Shown here: one piece after another, positions 37,860 to 45,270 of the stretch
How positions within the stretch are numbered: the first letter of the stretch is position 1
How the letters are laid out: the number at the start of each line of letters is the position of its first letter
Source: a virus
Lineage: Duplodnaviria; Caudoviricetes
Reading direction: 5' to 3' (one strand)
Virus record (IMG/VR): IMGVR_UViG_3300035696_000004
Span: 1-64,000 of that record
DNA length: 64,000 bases
Made by a program: the position numbers and the translations under genes
The notes under the pieces: generated by a model
The model's database searches: none
Seen by the model: the letters and a program-made list of their open reading frames with translations, nothing else
Told to the model about the DNA's origin: nothing

Positions 37860-38888
37860 ATGACCACGTTGATTCAATACCCGCTAGATCCCACAGGGGC
37901 GTCTCCGACAAACCTCGTGGAGAATGAACCCCATACACTGACCACCCGAACGTATCGTTGCTTTGCGACCGATTACGGTGCGTTCTTCGAAACCTCCATG
38001 GTCGTGACCGATGTGGCGACAGGGAAACCACTTACCTCTGACCAGTTCTACTGCGCCGAGATGTACGAGCTTCCGTCGGCACGATACGGCCAAGAGATTG
38101 ATGCCATTGTCGTGATTACGGATAGCGCGATCAGCAACAATGTAACCGTCACGTATCAAGCACTGGGTGGTCCTTACAGTACGGCTGCTACGGCGATTAT
38201 CAGTCAGCTCAATGCGCTCCAGCTGGATGATCGCCCTATCTCGTGGCCGAACATCGAGATGAAGCCGTCCGAATACCCTCCGAGTTTCCACTTGCACGAT
38301 ATCGGGGATGTATACGGTTTCGAATATCTGGTTCATGCCATCGATCGAGTGAGGGCTGCAATCGAGCTGGGTGACGCTGCATCGAACGACGGTATCTACA
38401 AGTACATCGATTCACAGATCGCTGCTCTGAATTCGATTCTGAGTACCGCCAATGCCGCTTTGACAACCCACTTGAACAACTTTTCGAACCCGCATAACGT
38501 GACGGCTGCCCAAACAGGCGCCATGACGGCAGCGGATACTCAGTCGTTGGTATCAGGTGTCGAGTCGGAATTGCAAGCGCACATTCAGAATCAATCGAAT
38601 CCTCACGATGTGACGGCTGCCCAAATTGATGTCTATACGAAGGAACAGTCCGATTCGAACTATCCTTCGATGGCGCAATTTAACGCGTTGCTCGCCGCAT
38701 TCAATCAGCACATCCAAAACCAATCGAACCCGCACAATGTGACAGCGGCTCAATTGGGTGTGACAACGACGGCTTCGTTGACGGCTCTTCTGGCGGGCTA
38801 TCAGCCTCTGTCGAGTGCTGTCAATGCAAGCAACTTCAACTCGTACTGGGATACGCGCTTGAGTCAGCGCATGGCCTTCACGTATTGA
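37860..38888 (+). CDS. Tail fibre/baseplate-associated protein, paralog of 35421
   Basis: Likely start ATG 37860 (MTTLIQYPLDPTG); three H..N.SNPH.VTAAQ repeats. Confidence 0.7.
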   Translation: MTTLIQYPLDPTGASPTNLVENEPHTLTTRTYRCFATDYGAFFETSMVVTDVATGKPLTSDQFYCAEMYELPSARYGQEIDAIVVITDSAISNNVTVTYQALGGPYSTAATAIISQLNALQLDDRPISWPNIEMKPSEYPPSFHLHDIGDVYGFEYLVHAIDRVRAAIELGDAASNDGIYKYIDSQIAALNSILSTANAALTTHLNNFSNPHNVTAAQTGAMTAADTQSLVSGVESELQAHIQNQSNPHDVTAAQIDVYTKEQSDSNYPSMAQFNALLAAFNQHIQNQSNPHNVTAAQLGVTTTASLTALLAGYQPLSSAVNASNFNSYWDTRLSQRMAFTY

Positions 38889-38907
38889 TAATCAAAGGAG
38901 GTAGTGC

Positions 38908-39441
38908 ATGACAACGCTTTCGTTGAGTACGTTGACACCTGCCTTCTTGAATCGTCCCAATGATTCGATCCTGCGTGATTTGATTTATCACTTCACCAAG
39001 TTCGACATAGGTCGGTACAACAACGTCACCTATGGTCTTCCTACTATCTTGGATATCAAGAAAACGGTAGACCTGGATGAGAACACGTTGTTGACCGTAA
39101 AGATTCCTCGATCGGAGAACTTCCGATTCAATGGAGCGTATCATGCTCTGTATCGACGAATCCGATTCAGTGAAGCCGGTATCAGTTATATCCACGGGAA
39201 CTTCAGTCTTCCGATCAATACGCAAGACCTGGTTCCAATTATCAACAAGCAGTTCAACCTCCAACTGACGACTGACGATATCACCAATATCGAATACACG
39301 TCAGCAACGACAGCTGTTACCTTGAAAGCCAACCCGAATTCGAGAGTGTGGTTCGACTCTCTTCAAGTCGGTATTCAGGATAAGTTGTTTGCTGTCGTGA
39401 ATCTTTCGGGATTCAAAGAAGTCGTCATAGAGCCATTCTAG
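38908..39441 (+). CDS. Hypothetical virion/tail-associated protein
   Basis: 177 aa with AAGGAGG RBS, in the tail-fibre operon. Confidence 0.6.
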   Translation: MTTLSLSTLTPAFLNRPNDSILRDLIYHFTKFDIGRYNNVTYGLPTILDIKKTVDLDENTLLTVKIPRSENFRFNGAYHALYRRIRFSEAGISYIHGNFSLPINTQDLVPIINKQFNLQLTTDDITNIEYTSATTAVTLKANPNSRVWFDSLQVGIQDKLFAVVNLSGFKEVVIEPF

Positions 39442-39442
39442 C

Positions 39443-39482
39443 GGCATAAGCCCTCTCCCGTTTGGGAGAGGGCGTCTATGAC
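39443..39482. terminator. Hairpin, CATA...TATG family
   Basis: ggcataa-gccctctccc-gttt-gggagagggc-gtctatgac between convergent genes. Confidence 0.72.
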
Positions 39483-39484
39483 CG

Positions 39485-40105
39485 TCATTCTGTTTCGTTC
39501 AGAAATTGGTTGGATGTAATGAAGTAATCGTCGTAGAGTTTCCGAACAAACCCTTCACGGTCCTCCACGGTATTCTCACCATAACCTTCCGGTGCGATGA
39601 CCTCATCCAGATCAATCGGAAAATCAGGAATGGCGTTGTCCTTATCCTTGACTTCCAGATCAATCTTACACCATGGGTAGTACTTACCCTCGGGGTCCAG
39701 ATAGACGTCAATTTCCCAGACCAATTCACTGTTTTCAACAGGGAAGGCAAAACGATCTTTGATCATCCCGACTTCTGACAGGAATCGGAATTGGTTGAAG
39801 TTGTCCTCATTGGATGGAATGGCGAGTTCGAGCTTGCCATCCTTTTCACCCAATTTGACTTTCGTCGTGAGGACAAACTCTGGTTCAGCACCTTCTTTGA
39901 CCGTCTTGCGAATTCGAACTGACCCCGTCCCTGCGTTCTTCGGTGTCTTGGGGATACGAAGTTCCCATTGCTCTTGGCGTTCTTTGGAAGCGGCTCTTTT
40001 CAGTTGTTCCAGATCAACGATCTTGGCATAAAAGACATGCTCAATTTCCTTGATAGGAACACCGTTGGCCTCTTCCTCCAGAGCGACTGACAATAAACAT
40101 GACAT
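39485..40105 (-). CDS. CYTH (triphosphate tunnel metalloenzyme) domain protein
   Basis: EIEHVF (ExE), VRIRK, KLELAIP, IKDRF, WEIDVY, KIDLEV; N-terminal VALEEE. Confidence 0.72.
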   Translation of the reverse strand: MSCLLSVALEEEANGVPIKEIEHVFYAKIVDLEQLKRAASKERQEQWELRIPKTPKNAGTGSVRIRKTVKEGAEPEFVLTTKVKLGEKDGKLELAIPSNEDNFNQFRFLSEVGMIKDRFAFPVENSELVWEIDVYLDPEGKYYPWCKIDLEVKDKDNAIPDFPIDLDEVIAPEGYGENTVEDREGFVRKLYDDYFITSNQFLNETE

Positions 40106-40116
40106 AGTGGCGTCTT

Positions 40117-40581
40117 TCAAGAAAAGATAACGCGCGCAATCTCAGTGACTGTTTTCAAGAGTTCCTGGAGATTCGGGGTCTTCGACAAATAACTGTCCCT
40201 GACACCACGCTGTAAAAGTATCCCTGACATGGCGAGCACAAAAACGATCATCGTGATCGTCACGGTCTTTTTGAACCAAACACGAAAAGCCTTTCGATCC
40301 GGTTCGTCTACTTCGCCGACATAATGCCAGGGGTCATCCTCACTCCGGATCGATTGACGATACGTATACAACAGGTCGATCTGATCTTCAGAGCTCAATT
40401 CAAACAACGCATCCTTGAGATCACGACCGGTTGATTTAGCATGTAATCGAGGGAGTGAGGGATCTTTCTCAGCCAGCGCCGAATAGGATGCTATCAAATC
40501 CCCAAGAGGTGAACGACCCGCTCTTCTGGCTGAGAGTAGGCGGGTGTCGGATATCCCCCGGAGAATATCTTCGATAGGCAT
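40117..40581 (-). CDS. Membrane protein with C-terminal TM segment
   Basis: TVTITMIVFVLAMSGILL hydrophobic stretch; AAGGAG RBS; downstream of the spanin pair. Confidence 0.6.
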   Translation of the reverse strand: MPIEDILRGISDTRLLSARRAGRSPLGDLIASYSALAEKDPSLPRLHAKSTGRDLKDALFELSSEDQIDLLYTYRQSIRSEDDPWHYVGEVDEPDRKAFRVWFKKTVTITMIVFVLAMSGILLQRGVRDSYLSKTPNLQELLKTVTEIARVIFS

Positions 40582-40591
40582 GTTGATCTCC

Positions 40592-40909
40592 TTACTTCGT
40601 CAGTAAGGTCGTCGACAACCCCGGCGTGTTGAACAGTGCTTTGTGCGCGGCTTTCCAGGCACGGATCTGAACGATGTTGTTCTGGCAGATACCGGTATAG
40701 ACATACTGCTTGTTGAGCGTACTCGTCAACATGTCCTCCTTGTCTTGATCATTCGCCGCCAGGTACGCGTCTTTGGCTGGCGGTGGTGCAAAATTGCACG
40801 ATACCAGCAGCGCATCCGGAAGATCCGAAAACATGGGTTTTTCAACCACCTTTGGGGCTGCACACGCGGTCAGCGTCAAGACGAGACCGACCAGAATAGT
40901 TTTATACAT
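40592..40909 (-). CDS. o-spanin (Rz1-like lipoprotein)
   Basis: Start moved to ATG 40909. Lipobox LVLTLTA-C; PDALLVSC..APPP; C-terminal C..NI.QIRAW, typical of Rz1-like proteins. Confidence 0.7.
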   Translation of the reverse strand: MYKTILVGLVLTLTACAAPKVVEKPMFSDLPDALLVSCNFAPPPAKDAYLAANDQDKEDMLTSTLNKQYVYTGICQNNIVQIRAWKAAHKALFNTPGLSTTLLTK

Positions 40910-40923
40910 GAGAAACCCCTTGC

Positions 40924-41382
40924 TTAGTTCGGTGAGGTAGCGCACGACGGGTCGCTCGCGCCAGCGCTTTTACAAAACGTGAACCAGAGTGTGTCGATCC
41001 GAACACTGCTGACCTTTTTGGCTTCTTCAGCCGCATTGGACGCCGTCTTCGGAAGGGTCGCGTAGTGCTGCTGGATATGGGCGATCTTCTGGTCTGCTTT
41101 CACTTGGTTGTCAGACGTATCCAGAACGAGTTGAGTGTCAGCAGCTGATGCCGACGCTACCACCTCCGTATTGATCGCACCACTGCTCGCTGCCAGCTTG
41201 TTGTCGGCGACGACGGTGTTCACTGCGTTCGTCGCGATGTGATTCTCGAGGACGAGGGCTTTGTTCTGGCCCTTGTAATAGACCGCCGCAATGACGATAG
41301 CGGTGATCAAGAGGCCCGCAATCACCCACGCCCCCGTTTCGATTTTGGCTTTGTAGGCCGTAAAGAACCCTGGAAGAGACAT
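40924..41382 (-). CDS. i-spanin (Rz-like)
   Basis: N-terminal TM GAWVIAGLLITAIVIAAVYY, helical periplasmic part, C-terminal Cys pair; directly upstream of the o-spanin. Confidence 0.65.
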   Translation of the reverse strand: MSLPGFFTAYKAKIETGAWVIAGLLITAIVIAAVYYKGQNKALVLENHIATNAVNTVVADNKLAASSGAINTEVVASASAADTQLVLDTSDNQVKADQKIAHIQQHYATLPKTASNAAEEAKKVSSVRIDTLWFTFCKSAGASDPSCATSPN

Positions 41383-41960
41383 CGTTCTTCTCCAATCTGT
41401 TTATAAAGACCGTATGCCACCGCAATGGCATCGATAGAGTGTTCATCTAGCGTGTCCAGCGTATTGGCTGAACTCTCGTATTTCAAATCAGGTAATGCTA
41501 AGACCGCTTCACGAACAGCGTCTTTCTTTGCACTGGACCCTGCTTGGACAGCGAGCTTGACACAGGAGGGGGGCAACAAATGGAGTTGACACCACGAACT
41601 GTACCGCGTGACAGCCTGACGAATAAACGTCATGGTCGTCATCAGCGTCCCGTATGCATACGGTCGCAAGGAATTAAAGAAAGGGGATTCTGTCGCAACG
41701 TAGTCCGGTTGAACATCATTCAGAAGAGAAACCAACTCATCCGAAATCGCAGAGACTCTGGAATACATCTCGCCATGCTGTTCAGCCAACCATAAATCCC
41801 GACCTGGTAATCGTTCGCCGACCAAGGTCCTGGCTTCGGTACTGATGATCTCACCTGTTCGATTACTGAAGACGAGCTTAGCAATACCGAATGTGTTCGT
41901 GCCAGGATCGAGACCGACGATGCAGACCCGGTCACGGAAGTGGGACCGCATCGTCAGCAT
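41322..41960 (-). CDS. ruvC: RuvC-like Holliday junction resolvase
   Basis: IVGLDPGTNTFG, VATESPF, VKLAV, DEHSIDAIAVAY catalytic motifs. Confidence 0.85.
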   Translation of the reverse strand: MLTMRSHFRDRVCIVGLDPGTNTFGIAKLVFSNRTGEIISTEARTLVGERLPGRDLWLAEQHGEMYSRVSAISDELVSLLNDVQPDYVATESPFFNSLRPYAYGTLMTTMTFIRQAVTRYSSWCQLHLLPPSCVKLAVQAGSSAKKDAVREAVLALPDLKYESSANTLDTLDEHSIDAIAVAYGLYKQIGEERCLFQGSLRPTKPKSKRGRG

Positions 41961-41969
41961 AGAGATCCT

Positions 41970-42827
41970 TTACGACGTCGTGGTCGTATTGGAGATGTTC
42001 AGCAAGGGTTCACTTGCTCCGACATCCAGGATCAGTTCCAGACCCGTCGAAGCGTAGACGAGCGGGTACATGCAGTTAACGAACTCAATCACTTGCGCAG
42101 CGATGAGCTCATTGAAGTTGAACGTACTGGCACCACTACCCGATGCGCTGATGGTTTTGTCCACACCGGAGATCAGACCGATCTCCGAAATGATCGCGTA
42201 GTTGGTGTCACCATAGATGACATTGGCGGCATTCAGGAGTTCGGTAATGTCAAAGGCATCCAACGACAGATCCAGTTGACTCGTTACCTTGGCGAGCTGA
42301 CCCGTCGCCACGTTGACACCCGTGGCAGACAACTGCTTGGCGGTCGGGGACAGATTGGTGCTGTCCGGGGCGAATACGACATCCGTCGCTGTACCGTCCG
42401 ATGCTACCGTTTCGATCTGGATGACCGGTGCGATACTGGACGAATCCTGACGTTTCGCATAGTACGCTGCGTAAGCGATTCCGTTCCACTCTTCGATCCG
42501 GCGCAGAGCGTAGTTGGCTTGTTGAGCTGTGGTCAGATCGTTCGTCAGTTCACGAAGAACAAACGGGAGATGATGGAAACAGCACGGGTCGGTCGCTTCA
42601 TGTTGCAGCGGGGTGCTGATCGGAATGTTGTTGGTACCGACCGTGGTGGTATGGCCACCATTGCCGATGACCCAGCCTTTGAACTCCGGAACCGACGCCG
42701 GAACCACGCCGCCTTCGATAGCGAACTTTTCATTCAGGGTCGTGTAGGGAGTCAGTTGAAACGACCCGCCCAGGAGTTCAAGCGATTGCAGGTACGAACC
42801 GTATACGGTACGAGTGAGGTTTTGCAT
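41970..42827 (-). CDS. Virion structural protein (phiKZ gp127-like)
   Basis: LTRTVYGSYLQ, TTLNEKF, IGNGGH, PFVLR, AAYYAKR, IISEIGLISGVD. Confidence 0.65.
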   Translation of the reverse strand: MQNLTRTVYGSYLQSLELLGGSFQLTPYTTLNEKFAIEGGVVPASVPEFKGWVIGNGGHTTTVGTNNIPISTPLQHEATDPCCFHHLPFVLRELTNDLTTAQQANYALRRIEEWNGIAYAAYYAKRQDSSSIAPVIQIETVASDGTATDVVFAPDSTNLSPTAKQLSATGVNVATGQLAKVTSQLDLSLDAFDITELLNAANVIYGDTNYAIISEIGLISGVDKTISASGSGASTFNFNELIAAQVIEFVNCMYPLVYASTGLELILDVGASEPLLNISNTTTTS

Positions 42828-42900
42828 AATGCCGAATCTCTTTTAAATGAGTTAAAAAAGTGCTCCACAGAATGGGCGTATTAAGTGCGCTTTAGCTCAA

Positions 42901-45231
42901 CTATTCAGGGTCAACCTGAATGTTTTGCTGTACATTGGTAACGACACCTGTCGAACCACCGCCTGTCACGACGACAGGAGTGATATCACCACCAAAGATG
43001 AGATCGGATGTCTCGTGTTCTTCGACTCTCAGGTAAATCTCATTGCCATAAACATCCGGTACCGTGTAACGCTGAGCAGAGGTCAGGCTATTATAGATAT
43101 CGGATCCAAACACCTCGACTTCACCACGGGTATGGCTAGGTAGTGTGTTCTTGGAGATGATCCCTGTGAATCGAGTGTTGAGACGAACCGTTTGACGAAT
43201 AGCACGTTTCCCTAAAGAAATCAGAGATCCAACATCGATCTTCGTGTTCTCTTTCCAACTCCCCTTGACGGTGGCCGTATTGTAATTCCCGACGTCATAC
43301 GTGATCGAGTCTTTAAACTCAGCAGAGGTCCCTATTGCACGAACGCCCAGGTTATCGGCAACAATCGTGTTTTTGAGTTGGCCCGCTTGGTTACCGACTC
43401 GGAAGCACGCCCAATCACCCGATTTGATTTTGACCGTGTTGATGGTAGCGATAAACTGCACGCTATAGCTCGACAACTGCCGCATCAACTTGACCATGGC
43501 GGCTTGGATATCTGCTAGAGATACCGCCGTATTGAGTGATGACCCAGTGGCGTCCGCCAAGATGGTCTGATAGAGCGTTGCCATATCCGTGTTGGCAAAA
43601 TCGCTGATCACGATATCGCGTTCAGCAAACCAACGTGTATACGTCAGACCTACACCATCGGGTTCGCACACCGCATCCTGATAGAGTCGCGTTACCATGT
43701 TGTCCACATAGCCACGAACATCCTTGTGCTCCTGATACGCAACGTACTTACGTTGCGTATTCATTGCCGTGTAGACAGACTTACAGAACGAGTAAAACGC
43801 CGTGATGGAAATCTGTTTGCTCATCGCCGGCATCAAACCCAATAAGTACGTCGCTACACTGTTGTCTACCATCCCTGCCTTTGCCATCGACATGAGATCC
43901 GACGCAGAAGGAAGAGGGTGGCGTTGGATGCGCTGCGTGTAGACAGGTTGCACGATGTCCAGCGTGACGCCGTAAGCTTGCCAGTAAGCGTATTGAGCAA
44001 ACACAAACGCATCCGACATCGACAGAGGGATGCTTTCCCCCGTGGAAGGATTGGTAACATCCACAATGGCACTGTACAGTCCGTTCATCCCCATGTACGC
44101 CCAGTAGTACAGCAGAATGTCTGCCATCGTGTAGGGCGTACTGTCCGACGTGTCAATCATCGCCGATTCAAGGACTTTGGTCGGGAGACGATTCGACAAC
44201 GAATACTGCATCGCTTTCGTTATATCAGATTCGACATACGCTTGAACAGTCGCGTTCTGGGGGGCCGATTCATCCTCTTTGGTCAGTAATGTATCCAACG
44301 TGATCGTTTTGGCGGTGTTGGAGCTATACGCCGTATTGAGCGCTTCGTATTCAAATACGATACCGGGTTTGAGTGCCGCAGGCATGACGGAGGTATCGTG
44401 TTTCATCACGTATCGAGCCAGTGGCAAATTACGAGCCGTCATGACGTTCTCAACGAGCCAGTTAAACGTGCTCGTCATCCCACTGTGTCGGGTGATGTAG
44501 TCGATGTTCTTATAAAAGAAGAGCGATTGATCAAGCGTCAGTGCATCCAGGATGTCATCGCTGAAGTTTCGGCTTGCCAAATATTGACCGACATGGAAGC
44601 TGTGCGCCTCATTTGTTTTGCAAGCGGCTTTCCGAAGATTGATGATCGCTGGTACCAGAAAGATATACTGAAGACCCAGGTTCGATACCATGTTCAGATT
44701 GTCACTAATATTGTACTGGGTGTTTGTCCATCGCGTCCGATACGCAGTCACCCACTTCTGGAGGTTGCTAATCAGACTGTATTCATTACTCTCCACGAGA
44801 TCACTCGGATAGCCGAGAATCGTCCCGTCAACCGCATTGATCGCTGTCGTAATATCGACCGGGTATAGCACACCCAAGATCAACGATAGCTGAGTGGGGT
44901 ATTGACTCAGGAGTTCATTGAAATAGCGAGTGCCATACGCGTAGGCCCGCGCTGTCGCTGTATGAATCGCCAGGTTCGCCAGCGTGAAGTCAATGGTCTC
45001 TAGAGTGTCGAGGGACACGACAGTCATCATGGTGTCGAGGGAGTGATACAACCCCGCGAGGTTCATGTAGTAACGCCACGTCGTAGGATCAGCTGTGTTG
45101 ACACCGGTTGACGGATAATACGTCGTGATGTAGGAATTAATGGCGTCACACTCGAACTGGGACTTAATTCGAATTGTGCTTGCTAGTTGTATGACGCTAT
45201 TGAGGTATATTCCGTATTTATTAGAACTCAT
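42901..45231 (-). CDS. Virion structural/baseplate protein (phiKZ gp128-like)
   Basis: 776 aa; WRYYMNLAGLYH, NEAHSFH, PTKVLES, RQLSSYSVQF; divergent from the portal. Confidence 0.65.
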   Translation of the reverse strand: MSSNKYGIYLNSVIQLASTIRIKSQFECDAINSYITTYYPSTGVNTADPTTWRYYMNLAGLYHSLDTMMTVVSLDTLETIDFTLANLAIHTATARAYAYGTRYFNELLSQYPTQLSLILGVLYPVDITTAINAVDGTILGYPSDLVESNEYSLISNLQKWVTAYRTRWTNTQYNISDNLNMVSNLGLQYIFLVPAIINLRKAACKTNEAHSFHVGQYLASRNFSDDILDALTLDQSLFFYKNIDYITRHSGMTSTFNWLVENVMTARNLPLARYVMKHDTSVMPAALKPGIVFEYEALNTAYSSNTAKTITLDTLLTKEDESAPQNATVQAYVESDITKAMQYSLSNRLPTKVLESAMIDTSDSTPYTMADILLYYWAYMGMNGLYSAIVDVTNPSTGESIPLSMSDAFVFAQYAYWQAYGVTLDIVQPVYTQRIQRHPLPSASDLMSMAKAGMVDNSVATYLLGLMPAMSKQISITAFYSFCKSVYTAMNTQRKYVAYQEHKDVRGYVDNMVTRLYQDAVCEPDGVGLTYTRWFAERDIVISDFANTDMATLYQTILADATGSSLNTAVSLADIQAAMVKLMRQLSSYSVQFIATINTVKIKSGDWACFRVGNQAGQLKNTIVADNLGVRAIGTSAEFKDSITYDVGNYNTATVKGSWKENTKIDVGSLISLGKRAIRQTVRLNTRFTGIISKNTLPSHTRGEVEVFGSDIYNSLTSAQRYTVPDVYGNEIYLRVEEHETSDLIFGGDITPVVVTGGGSTGVVTNVQQNIQVDPE

Positions 45232-45270
45232 TTGACCGAGTCTCCCATTTGATAACGAGGTGCTTTTAAC

